Shown here piece after piece: positions 1-10,817 of a stretch of DNA of 64,000 bases (position 1 is its first letter; the number at the start of each line of letters is the position of its first letter). The notes beneath the pieces are model-generated. The model was given only the letters and a program-made list of their open reading frames with translations, was not told the DNA's origin and made no database searches. The stretch spans positions 143,282,001 through 143,346,000 of the forward strand of contig OZ024741.1 of assembly GCA_964016885.1 (NCBI GenBank), in the 5' to 3' direction. Origin of the DNA: Eledone cirrhosa (taxonomy: Eukaryota). A program made the translations under genes and the position numbers.

Positions 1-58
1 TGAGTATCACTTAATGGGAACTAGGAGTGGAGATAAAGGTAGCATGGAAGAAAAACCC

Positions 59-236
59 CATCACCACCACCACCACCACCATCATCATCATCGTCATCAC
101 CTAAATCATCAGCACCTCCCACCACCACCATCATCATCAACAACATCATCTTCATACATCACATTACCACCACTCCATCACCACCACCACCACCACTGCC
201 ACCATCACATATCACCATCACCACCACCACTATCAC
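59..236. repeat. (CAC/CAT)n microsatellite
   Basis: Trinucleotide run; it explains the poly-His ORF 14..283. Confidence 0.9.
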
Positions 237-318
237 CAATCTACAAACACCTTGCTGTCCAAGGTGTTATATTTTATTTTTAATTTTCTCTCTTTCATTC
301 CATCATGTGATGATTCAG

Positions 319-492
319 ATGTTGTTCGCACTGGAAAATACCGGTGCCTTTTTGATCCAACTACCCTTCTATCTGGAAAAGAAGACGCTGCCAACAATTT
401 TGCTCGTGGTTATTATGGGGTTGGTCGAGAAGCTTTAGAAACTGCTGTTGAACGAATAGAAGGACTTGCTGAAGACTGTGATTCTTTACAAG
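319..492 (+). CDS. TUBA: Divergent alpha-tubulin, internal coding exon (about codons 76-134); upstream exons lie outside the window
   Basis: ttcag|AT GTT GTT CGC ACT GGA acceptor at the conserved phase-1 intron position in codon 76. Translates (D)VVRTGKYRCLFDP...GKEDAANNFARG...DCDSLQ(G). Donor CAAG|gtatct at 493. Confidence 0.92.
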
Positions 493-534
493 GTATCTGT
501 TGATAATTCTAACTATATTACTATTGGTTATATT

Positions 535-755
535 TGTGGATTGACAGAGTTGCTGGAGCATTGGACAAAAGCTTAGCAGTATTTGTTCCAGCTCCTTATG
601 TTCTGAGTTCAAATCCTGACAAGGTCAGCCTTTCTTTTCATTCTTTTGGGGGTTGATAAAATAAAGTGGCAGTTAAATATTGGGATTTTAAAAAAATCAA
701 CTTTCCCCTCACCACAAATTGCTGTCCTTGCGCCTGGAGTAGAAATAATTTATTA
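535..755 (+). mobile_element. tRNA-headed SINE, TAA/ATT-tailed family
   Basis: B-box GAGTTCAAATCC, core gccttttc..ggggttgataaaataaagt and an attatt tail; many related copies in the window. Confidence 0.75.
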
Positions 756-764
756 CCCTTGTGG

Positions 765-915
765 ACGCAGCATAGCAAAACATTTTAAAAGTTCCTTTCA
801 TAATAGGAAGGTCCTGAGTTTGATTCTGCTGTATGTCATCTTTTACCATCACCCCAGGTTGACCCAAATCTTGTGAGTAAAATTGGGTAGACAGAAACTG
901 TTTGGAAGCCTGTCT
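765..915 (+). mobile_element. Second SINE family fragment
   Basis: Shares ggttgacc..cttgtgagt..ggtagacagaaactg..gaagcc with a copy at about 47975-48115. Confidence 0.55.
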
Positions 916-1379
916 AATAGATTATATCTGTAATTTAAAGGTCCAGGTTTGGCAAACACTGTGTCATGCTGATTCTGTTCACTACAAGGATACCTTACAA
1001 TGTACATGTTACTATGAAATACTCAGCTATTTCCAATATAATTTAATGAGTTGGTAAATCCAGTTGATTGTTCAGCATTAAAATTAATGGAGATCTATCT
1101 TTTAGATTATGTACATTATGTAATGGAGATTTATCTTTTACATTATGTATTATCTTTTATATAATGATATAATCCTAGAGAATCAATTGGGAGTGTACAG
1201 CAAACCTACCAGGATTGAAAAAAATACCCAGAAATTATTATTCCCATTTTTTGCTTTCATTTATATCTTATTTCAGTTACAGTAATAACAGTGTGTATTT
1301 TATGTATGTGTTTATATGTGTGACATCTGAATGAGTATCCTCAACCTCCAACTAACTTACTCTCCACCTCTTGGTCCCA

Positions 1380-1930
1380 ACCACAGGATGGAGAATACAT
1401 AGCCCTGGAGGACGGCAAGGGAGATGTGCTGGAACAACCATTCCACCTCGCAGGGCTCACACCTACAGGCAGTAAACTCCACTCTGATAGCAGTGAGCTG
1501 AGATGTGGTCCGGGGGCCAAGAACACCAGAAGTCTCCACAGCTACAGGCTCTACTTAAAACCTATCAGAGAGTGGCTGATACTTGGACAAAAACCATCAG
1601 CAAGAGTGGCTTGAGGTGAGATATTGTACTCCATTCCAGTTCATCAAAGCAGCTGATTTTGATTGAACACACTGTGCTATTTGAAAGTAGAAGAGAAGAA
1701 ACCCATGTCATAATGATTGAGAAATATGTCAGTTTGTCCAACAGTCTGAAGGAAGCCAATTTCTGGGTCAAAGTTCTTACTATAGAAGTTTTCAGTGGGT
1801 TTTTAGGAAAATTTGCCTAAACTTCATAAAACAGCTCTCAATCTCTGGGAAGTATAGAATTAAAGCATTAAATCTAATAGTAGAAACACCAGAGAGGAGT
1901 TCCAACTGGATCTGATCGAGGAGGAACAAA
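1380..1930 (+). mobile_element. Degenerate 3' end of an RLE-type non-LTR retrotransposon (HERO/NeSL-like)
   Basis: My translation DIVLHSSSSKQLILIEHTVLFESRREETHVIMIEKY...VKVLTIEVFSGFLG matches the PD..(D/E)xTVPWE...KxxKY...VEVG.RGF restriction-like endonuclease pattern. Stops and frameshifts are present. Confidence 0.7.
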
Positions 1931-2640
1931 AGCAATCCCTCTTCAGTTTAAGTGCATCACAAGTCTATGATATCCTAGTGGTTAAAAAGCATCAGGAGAA
2001 GGGCATCCAGGAGTTATTACCTGGATGTGACCCTGCCTCCTTCAAATATCAGGACCAAGCAGAACTTAATTTTTCGCAATGGAACTAATTTTTTTAATGG
2101 ATTTAATCCCCCCCACATACACACACAATTTCTATAACCCTGTTATCCTTACTCTCACTCACAAACCCATGCACATACATACACAATGCACACACCATTT
2201 ACAACACCATATATACCACCCAAAACACATATACCTCTGCATACACATAAGCCTCAAAATCATACATTTTCTGATGTATGCATGCATATGTGTGCATGCC
2301 TGCACACACCACCAACACACACATCCTAATCTTTCATTTGAAGGTGCATGTGTGCTTGTTTTTCTTGCACACATCTCTGTGATTACGTGGAAGCCAGTGG
2401 TGTGGCTGTGGCGCCATCAGTTTTGAATGGTTCCTAACATTCACTCTGGCCCCATTACCTCCTAACTCTATCCCCCTCCACACATGTAGTGACTTAACAC
2501 TTTGTAGTTCAACCATTTGTAGTTGTACCACCATATCATTGTACTCGAAGCTAAGTGTTTTCTCTTATGGCCATACTAGAAAATGAAATATACAAGGCAA
2601 CAATCATATTGAAGTAAATCACCAGCTTCAGCATTCAGTA

Positions 2641-3710
2641 ACCAGATAGAAAAATGCGTACAGCAAAAAAAGTAATATTGTTGGAATATAAACCTTTAAA
2701 AATACAGGACAAGAAACTAAAATAAAACTTTAAAAGAATAGGACAAGAAACTAAGATAAAACTTTAAAAGAATAGGACAAGAAACTAAGATAAAACTTTA
2801 AAGAATTGGACAAGAAATAAAAAATGTTACAATAATATTAGTGGCAAAATTTTTATTGGTAAAAAATCGAGTTCCACATTCAGAGGTCGTCGTCAGACCG
2901 GGGGATCATTTGATCCTGGTTTGAACACCAATTGGGCCATAACCATACCCCTATTACATCACTCGGCGACACGCCTCATGTGTCATGCATAATGTGAATG
3001 GACCCATGGGCCCATGAGCACAGATCTTGAGCAGCAGCAGATGGTCTTGTCGTCCCGCTCATCCTTAATCTTGACCAACCCGTCCATCTTCTCCTTGCAT
3101 CTTGTCCTTGAGTTCAAGTCCGGCAGTCCAGATGAATGCGTGCCACAGCTTTCTGGTACAGGAAGGGGGAGCAGGAGGACTGGAGGGATGACGGGACAGA
3201 GGGAGGGAGGACCGGTGGTTGAGGGAGGTGCCGTAGTCGGTGGTCAGAGTCGACATCTTGTCCCGGTCGTCTTCTCTATCTTCGTCTGGTGTTGCGGGAC
3301 CAGAAGTGCATTCTTGGAGGAGACCTGCAGCTGCATCGCCCAATTCTTCTTGCAATGGTCATTCTGACGGAGCAGAACTGCTCAGCCAACCAACCCCAAC
3401 CAGAACCAACCGCTCAGGGGCAACGCACAATGAGAGCATGACAATTATTATGCACTAATCAAGAAGATACTGGGGCATAGCACAGGAAACGAATAAAAAA
3501 ATGTTGCCACTAATATTATTGTAAAGTTTTTTATTTCTTGTCCAATTCTTTAAAGTTTTATCTTAGTTTCTTGTCCTATTCTTTTAAAGTTTTATCTTAG
3601 TTTCTTGTCCTATTCTTTTAAAGTTTTATTTTAGTTTCTTGTCCTGTATTTTTAAAGGTTTATATTCCAACAATATTACTTTTTTTGCTGTACGCATTTT
3701 TCTATCTGGT
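2641..3710. mobile_element. Fold-back element: ~217-bp inverted arms (2641-2857 and 3492-3710) with internal ~33-bp tandem repeats around a GC-rich ~630-bp filler
   Basis: accagatagaaaaatgcgtacagc... is the reverse complement of ...gctgtacgcatttttctatctggt. The unit ggacaagaaactaagataaaactttaaaagaata is repeated in each arm. No clear TSD. Confidence 0.85.
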
Positions 3711-3983
3711 CTACTATTTTTTAAGGCAATGCAAGCAGCAACTATCTAATAATTAAATGATCATAGTGAATTACTGACAAGTGATTGACATTTTAAAGTT
3801 CTTTTGAGTATAATTGCAATCTAGTTGAGGCAACTGGCTTAATGATAAAGCTAGTAAATCATGAATGCATTTGAGATGATTAGTGCATAATAGTGAATTA
3901 GTGAAACTTGTGCATTTCAATGGTGTTACAACAATAGATGTAAGTTATATAGTAGTAATACTTTATCATTTTAACTTTTTAGA

Positions 3984-4343
3984 ATGGACAAAAACCCATG
4001 CAAAGAAATGACTTTGACTGCAGTGATTCTCTCCAATTTACTTACAAAGCAAAACGTGGTCAAATACCTTATCATCTCTGATAAAATGCCCATTGAATCA
4101 CTGAAAATTGGATGCATGGAATTCCTCATAAAATGCACCTATGAATCGGAAGCCATCACATATATCAATGGATATAGGGAGTTGTTCACATTGGAAGACC
4201 ATCACTTCATTTGTGACTTCATCAGTTATCTCCACGATTATCTCAGACACCCAATGCCATTGATGAGAGGTGATCCAATGTGTGAGCATGTAACTAATCT
4301 TATAGAAGTTGTTATCGACCACCTGGCTTTTAGTGACATTTGA
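3984..4343 (+). CDS. Orphan 119-aa ORF or exon resembling the BACK domain of SPOP/BTB proteins
   Basis: LTKQNVVKYLIISDKMPIESLKIGCMEFL...INGYRELF..HHFICDF parallels SPOP [29 protein letters not shown]...SGWKSMV..HPHL. Preceded by tttttag (acceptor-like) and an ATG. Confidence 0.55.
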   Translation: MDKNPCKEMTLTAVILSNLLTKQNVVKYLIISDKMPIESLKIGCMEFLIKCTYESEAITYINGYRELFTLEDHHFICDFISYLHDYLRHPMPLMRGDPMCEHVTNLIEVVIDHLAFSDI

Positions 4344-4974
4344 CTGATTTGACTGATAATGATGTATTTTTAAAAAGTATGTGTACATTCTTGTTACTAT
4401 TTTAAGGCAATGCAAGCAACAACTATTTAATAAAATTTAAATTTAAAAATGACCATTGTGCATTACTAGTATGATGACATTTTATTAAGTCACAAAATTA
4501 GTCAGTCAGCCATAGAACAAGGATCAGGTGGCAAAAACATTGGCAAAAATTTGTGTCAATTTAAGATTTCCAACATTGTTCAAATGAATCATATCTGGTT
4601 TGAAGTCAGATTTGTCAAATTTTGACCAATTTTCAATGTTGTGAAGATTGGGCAAGTTCAATTTTTGAATCATTTCTTTCATGCAGTAATTAAACTTTTC
4701 CAAACGTCGTCATTTCTAGATTACCTCCCCTAGCGTCACGCTTACTACTCACTCACTTGAACACAAGATTTATCAGCAAACTTTGATTATAAACTTTTTC
4801 CCGCTGGACCAAATTTCTAGATTTTTAAGCCAAAAGATGCGTAATGATCTACTGTTCATGCTCATATAAGTTTTATCTCAGTTAAATAAAGTAGAGCCGC
4901 GCTGTACTGTCGTAAACAGACGATTGCCAACGAAAACACGACCACAACAATATTACTAAACGGACTACCGTCCG

Positions 4975-5470
4975 TTTAGGATCAGAAGTAGAGAGGTAGG
5001 TGTAAAAGCCAAACTTGCTATCTTCAATTCAGTAGTCATGCCAACCCTTTCCTATGGTCATGAATCTTGAGTAATGACCGAAAAATACGATTGCAAATAC
5101 AAGCAGTCAAAATGGAGTTCCTCCGAAGGGTTTATGGAGTAACATTACTCCATAGAGTGCGTAGTTCAGAGATCAGAGAGTAACTCCAGGTAGAGTTACT
5201 ACTTCTCCAAATTGAGAGATCACAGCTCCAATACTATGAACATGTGGATAGGATGTCATAGGAAAGAATTGCTGGACAGATTTTATGGGCAAAACCAACC
5301 AGCAGGAGACCCAGAGCAAGATGGTTGGATAACAACCATGAGCTGGACTGGTCCCACTTTGGGATCCAGCCAGATCAATTGGAGATGGTTGCTTCTGACA
5401 GGCCCCACTGGGAGGAGTGTTTGAGGACTCTGCCTCCATAACCTTCTCAGGAATAAGTGGATGAAGAAGA
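4975..5470 (+). mobile_element. Degenerate RTE-clade LINE 3' fragment
   Basis: Reads KAKLAIFNSVVMPTLSYGHES*...MEFLRRVYGVTLLHRVRS...RPRARWLD with stops. Confidence 0.75.
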
Positions 5471-5890
5471 ACAATCATATTCGCTACCACCACCTTTTCT
5501 ATACAACCCTTTATGATTGCTTCTACGTATGTGTGTATATACATATACACCTCCCTATATTGGTCACTTCACGCGTGTGCATTCACTCACACCTCTCACA
5601 GCAGCCAGTCCCGTAACAGTCAGTCCAATGCCCATCCTTCAAACCTTTACATAAACAAATGAACAAACCTACACACACAACACATGCACATGCACACACA
5701 TGTCCATTCAAAATATATAATGATTACCCCCATCCCCTCCCTTTCTAAACCTCTCTCATTCCTAAGAAACCCACTGACCAGCATTTCTCCAAAATGGCTG
5801 ACTGAAAACACAAGTTTTTCCTTTAAAAAAGTTTTTCCCTGTTCCTTCCTCTTCTTACTCTTTCTATTTCATCTTTTATTTCTCACTCTA

Positions 5891-5927
5891 TCTTCTAATG
5901 AAGGACTAGTGTCTGAAACGTTAAGAC
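5891..5927 (+). ncRNA. Degenerate minimal hammerhead ribozyme (core CUAAUGA, G5 mutated)
   Basis: tctt-ctaatga-aggactagtgtct-gaaa-cg-tt-aaga; palindromic AACGTT stem III. Related copies at 43825-43862 (minus) and about 56825 (internally deleted). Confidence 0.6.
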
Positions 5928-6046
5928 TCTTTTCCTATTATATCAAGTGTTAAACTAATATTTTTCTTCATTGTTTTGTGTTGTTTGCTTTGTTATTTTT
6001 ATTTTATTTTTGCATACATATATATAAATATATATATATATATATA

Positions 6047-6081
<35 letters not shown>

Positions 6082-6126
6082 TAAAATATAAATATTAATA
6101 AAATAGATGTTCTTTTTATCAATTAC

Positions 6127-6179
6127 ATTTTATTATACATATTTCGGATGTACAACAGTACGTCCTCATCAGACAAAAT
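6127..6179 (-). ncRNA. Type I hammerhead ribozyme (left arm of hairpin A)
   Basis: Reverse complement of 6273-6325. Confidence 0.85.
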
Positions 6180-6272
6180 ATAATGATATATGACATACCT
6201 TGAGATATTAAATGGTTAAGATTTAATCAAGGTAAACCATTTAACATCTCAGGGTATGTCATATATCATTAT

Positions 6273-6325
6273 ATTTTGTCTGATGAGGACGTACTGTTGT
6301 ACATCCGAAATATGTATAATAAAAT
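6273..6325 (+). ncRNA. Type I hammerhead ribozyme (right arm of hairpin A)
   Basis: Stem I ATTTTGT/ATAAAAT, core CTGATGA (6280-6286), stem II GGACGTAC-tgtt-GTACATCC, GAAA (6307-6310), short stem III T-atgt-A. Predicted cleavage after AUA at 6318. Confidence 0.87.
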
Positions 6326-6506
6326 GTAATTGATAAAAAGAACATCTATTTTATTAATATTTTATTAATATTTATATTTTAATATTAATAACTCTGGAAA
6401 ATTATTTTCCATAGAGTGCTTCCAATCTACTGTAAAACTCATTCTTTGATGTACTCATTGAATATTGTTTAACTCTTTAATATATATAAATATATATATA
6501 TATATT

Positions 6507-6845
6507 AGAATTGGTGCTCTGAAATAGCGATATACATGAATGTATATATAGTATATTTGGCAATATACTATATGCTTAATTAAAAGCATTTTGAAGACCT
6601 TGCGCTATTGTTTTAAAGTAGTGACTATGTCACTTACTTCTTTTTTCAACAAACAAAGGGAGATAAGCTGACAGATCTGTTTCATACTGTTGGTAATCAT
6701 CAGAGCTTAGCACTCACTTTGTCTGTTGAAAATTATAAATGTTGGATTCATATAGAATTTCAGTAATAATCAAGAACTGATTATACAGAGCGATTGCCGT
6801 TCCAGCAAAAATTGAAAATTCAAATTGGTGCTCTGAAATAGCGAT
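6507..6845 (-). mobile_element. Retrozyme/Penelope-pLTR-like ~314-nt monomer with terminal redundancy; HHR at 6664-6709
   Basis: aattggtgctctgaaatagcgat occurs at both 6509 and 6823. The segment is an inverted copy of 7167-7500 and is flanked by TA/CTAT microsatellites. Confidence 0.8.
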
Positions 6846-6865
6846 CTATCTATCTATCTATCTAT

Positions 6866-7105
6866 CTAAGGCGGGTAAAATTCCCGAGATCCATGGACGA
6901 GTTCTCTCCAGCGGTCTCTGTCCCTCATTATCGCTGCCATATCCTGCATCTCCAACAGACCAGTGTCTGTCCTTAGGGCATCAACATATGTTAACCTTGG
7001 TCTTCCTCTTCTAGTGTGTCCATGTAGGGGCTCCCAAAGGAGCACTGAGTGCAATGTCAACTCTGGATGTCGGTGAGCATGTCCAGCCAACCTCAGTCTC
7101 CTCTG
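6866..7105 (-). mobile_element. RTE LINE 3' fragment
   Basis: QRRLRLAGHAHRHPE...RRGRPRLTYVDAL is the typical RTE ORF C-terminus. Confidence 0.8.
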
Positions 7106-7166
7106 TATACATGAATGTATATATAGTATATTTGGCAATATACTGTATGCTTAATTAAAAGCATTC

Positions 7167-7500
7167 ATATATACATTCATGTATACATCGCTATTTCAGA
7201 GCACCAATTCTAATTTTCAATTTTTGCTGGACCAGCAATCGCTCTGTATAATCAGTTCCCGATTATTACTGGAATTCTATAAGAATCCAACATTTATAAT
7301 TTTCAACAGACAAAGCGAGTGCTAAGCTCTGATGATTACCAACAGTATGAAACAGATCTGTCAGCTTATCTCCCTTTGTTTGTTGAAAAAAGAAGTAAGT
7401 GACATAGTCACTACTTTAAAACAATAGCGCAAAGTCTTCAAAATGCTTTTAATTAAGCATATAGTATATTGCCAAATATACTATATATATACATTCATAT
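7167..7500 (+). mobile_element. Second retrozyme/pLTR-like monomer with a short 5' inverted piece (7105-7165)
   Basis: atatatacattcat occurs at 7167 and 7485; near-identical to the reverse complement of 6507-6845. Confidence 0.8.
7323..7368 (+). ncRNA. Type I hammerhead ribozyme, family B
   Basis: Stem I TAAGCT/AGCTTA, CTGATGA (7329-7335), stem II T-TAC-caaca-GTA-T, GAAA, palindromic stem III ACAGATCTGT, GTC cleavage triplet (7360-7362). Confidence 0.87.
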
Positions 7501-7545
7501 ATATATATATATATATGTATATTACTCCAAGTACATGGCAACAAA

Positions 7546-7720
7546 ACATATATTTCCATCGGTACTCAGAGTTTCATGATGGTATACAATTAATCTTGCA
7601 TCCACCATCAATTTTTAGCCTTTTCACAAAGGCTGGAGATTGATGGGGGATGTAAGATTAATCTGTAACAATTAATTTGATACCATCATGAAACTCTGAT
7701 AACCAATGGAAACATGTATT
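7546..7720. repeat. Old imperfect hairpin made of two outward-facing decayed HHRs (family C)
   Basis: Centre agcctt-ttcac-aaaggct. Arm consensus CTG(A/G)AGA-T-TGATGG...CCATCA-T-GAAA-CTCTGAG-TA. Confidence 0.6.
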
Positions 7721-8084
7721 TTAAGTCATATAAAGTACTCCTATGTTTACATATAGAGGGCTAATTCTTTAAAAAAGTGGAACTATTCAATCAAATCTCA
7801 AAGGAGAATAGAGATAGACTTATAGGTTGTGATTGCCAGTCACGGAACAAGGCAGTTGCTCAATGCTTATATCATTCAAAACAAGTGTTAAGAGAAGGTT
7901 AGGTTAAAGCTTGGAAAAAGTTAGTGATGCATTTAGGAAATATGCAGAGCATGTATATTCAAAAGTATTTGAAGAAAATCAACTTACTTTCATTAAAAAC
8001 TGTTTAATCACTTACAATTGTTTCTGGCAGTTTGTGAAATATATATATTTCTGGAATTTTGTGAAATCATCATCATGACCATCA

Positions 8085-8366
8085 TTGATTAACGTCTACC
8101 TTCCATGCTAGCATGGGTTAGATGGGTTTGTCCCATTTAGTGGCAAGTTGTGTTGGGTGACCATGTCTCGTTCATATAGGAGTGTTTCTGGCTAGTTTTC
8201 TACTGTTGGATGCCCTACCTAATGCCAACTACATTTACAGTGTGTGCTGGTGCTTTTTGCCGTGTCTTTTACACGACCACTTTACAGTGTGGGCTGGATG
8301 TTTTGTGGTACCATCATAATGTACATATATATATTTATGTACATGCATATATCATGATAATGATAT

Positions 8367-8405
<39 letters not shown>

Positions 8406-8428
8406 TGCATATATCATGATAATGATAT

Positions 8429-8465
<37 letters not shown>

Positions 8466-8488
8466 TGCATATATCATGATAATGATAT

Positions 8489-8548
<60 letters not shown>

Positions 8549-8936
8549 TTATTCATATACATATACCATATATATATATAATATACATACACATATCATA
8601 CATATACAAACACACTTCATATGTACACACACATATATATATATCATCAACCACATCATATAACATCCATCTTCATGGGTAGGATGGATTGACCCTTAGG
8701 GAAAAAACAGGCCAGAAGACCATGTTTAGCTCACCTGGGAGAGATTTTTGCTTGGTTTCTATAGCTTGGTTTCTATACTCCCAACCACATTTACAGTTTG
8801 TGCTGGGTGCTTTTTGTCGTGTCACCTACATGACCACATTGCAGTGTGGACTGGGCACTTTTTGTTGTGACACCTTCATGACCACTTCACAGTATGGACT
8901 GGGCAATGTTTGTCGTGACACCTACATGACATGAAG

Positions 8937-8968
<32 letters not shown>

Positions 8969-9372
8969 TGTTGTAATTTGCTTGAAGCATTGGGGAATAT
9001 GAAAATTGGTTATGTCTTGGAAACCGCTACAATGCAGGTGCCATTGTAAATATTAATGCAACAAAATCAGGGGAGGCATGAGAGTGGTAAGGTTGAGTAG
9101 AGAAGAGGATTAAATAACAAAAATCAGGGATAATGTTAACTTGGAAATATTTATTAGTTCCAATATATTTCAGCTATACCATCCATTATCAAAGGATGCA
9201 ATGGGAACCTTGGATAATATTGGAGAAAACCCTTCTATGCCTCTGTGAGGCTTGTGTACATACATATTTATATGAGTGAGACACGGTCATCTGACCAGCC
9301 TTGGGACAACTCCCGACTAACCCATGCTAGCGTGGAAAATGGACGTTAAACGAAGATGATGATGATGATGAT
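8085..9372. mobile_element. Cluster of RTE 3' UTR fragments (8085-8320 minus, 8655-8935 minus, 9275-9372 plus) and TA-rich tandem repeats
   Basis: Tail aacccatgctagcatggaa..ggacgttaaa(gat)n and the ~47-bp repeat cccagcccacactgtaaagtggtcgtgtaggtgtcacgacaaaaagca are shared with the RTE at 14718-17349. Confidence 0.75.
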
Positions 9373-9861
9373 ATGAATGTATGTATTGCATTCTGCCTAT
9401 GGTAATGACACTCTTATGTAATTTACTGTCTATGATAACAGCATTTGTGGTCAATAAATGAGGCAAAGGTGTACAATTCCTTACTGGAAGTAATGGGAAT
9501 AGCCCATTATCGCTAACAGTTTTGATAATGTACAGTGCTGAGGTGAACTCTTTGTGTATTCACTATAGTTTAATGAGCAAAGAAAAAGTGCTTCAATATC
9601 ATTGCTTGATAGATTAAACATAACAGCCCCCTCCCCCCCCCCCATTAAACCCCATTATTTTAAAATTGTAGGTCATCTTAGAGAATGTTTAAAATAATGT
9701 GATGATCAAGAGTAGAATGTTTTTGATCATAGATCTATTGGATCAAGTCTGACCTGGTGTTCAACAACAATAGCAACAATCTACCATTTCTCTATTGTCA
9801 GTATTTCTATGCAGAACATCATTTCTATTATTAGTGACAATATACATTGCTGTCATTTCAG

Positions 9862-10817
9862 GTTTTGTTCTTTTTCACAGCTTAGGTGGAGGCACTGGTT
9901 CTGGTTTCACAGCAATCCTTGCTCAAGCTCTCAGTCAGCTCTTTCCTAAGAAATCAAAGATGAATTTTATTGTTTATCCATCACCTCATTTATCAACATG
10001 CATAGTCGAACCATACAACTCGTTGCTCGGCACACACTGCATAATGGACGATTCTGATTGCAGTTTCCTTCTTGATAATGAAGCTATTTACAAGATCTGT
10101 CAAAAAAAACTCAATATTATACGTCCAATGTATAAAAATCTGAACCAAATCATCTCCCAGGTACTCAGCTCTGTCACAAACCCATTACGTTTTGATGGGG
10201 CCCTACCAGTAAACCTTACTACGTTTCTGACTAATCTGGTACCTTATCCACGAATTCACTTTCCTCTTATCACTTATGCACCACTGATGACAGAGATGAC
10301 TATCTTACGCACAGTAGTAAGTACCCAACACTTAACCAATCAGTGCTTCGTGGCTCAAAATCAAATGGTGAACTGTTCACCCCAACAAGGCAAATACATG
10401 GCCTGTTGCCTCCTATATAGAGGAGATATTTGTCCAAGTAAAATCAACTCTGCATTACAGAATCTCAAAAAGTCAAACAAGATACAGTTTGTCGACTGGT
10501 GTCCAACTGGATTCAAAGTTGGTATCAACAATCAACCACCTAACATAGTTCCTGGCAGCAATATAGGTGGTTCTATTCGTGCTGCTTGTATGATTTGTAA
10601 TACAACAGCAATTAATGAAGCCTGGGTACGTCTCAATTACAAATTTGATTTGATGTTTAAAAAGAAGGCTTTTGTTCATTGGTATACTACTGAAGGCATG
10701 TCAATAGATGAATTCCATGAGACTCGAGAAAACATGGCTGCACTTGAGCAAGACTACAGAGAAGCTGGTGTTGATACAATAATAGAGGAAGACGAGGAAA
10801 TACAGGAAGAATATTGA
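9862..10817 (+). CDS. TUBA: Divergent alpha-tubulin, terminal coding exon
   Basis: tttcag|GT TTT GTT completes the phase-1 Gly codon from 492. Contains [61 protein letters not shown] and AFVHWY, then an acidic tail ending EEY-stop. Confidence 0.96.

Noticed and set aside
14-283. Poly-His/Pro ORF
   Set aside because: Translation of a (CAC/CAT)n microsatellite in a tubulin intron.
2700-2820. Regular ~33-bp repeats (also the ~47-bp RTE UTR repeats and the 37-bp repeats at 25840-25945) as CRISPR-like arrays
   Set aside because: Contiguous tandem repeats without unique spacers, no cas genes, eukaryotic context.
9795-9861. Hydrophobic signal-peptide-like N-terminus on the tubulin ORF
   Set aside because: Intron read-through upstream of the acceptor at 9861; the true frame splices from 492.
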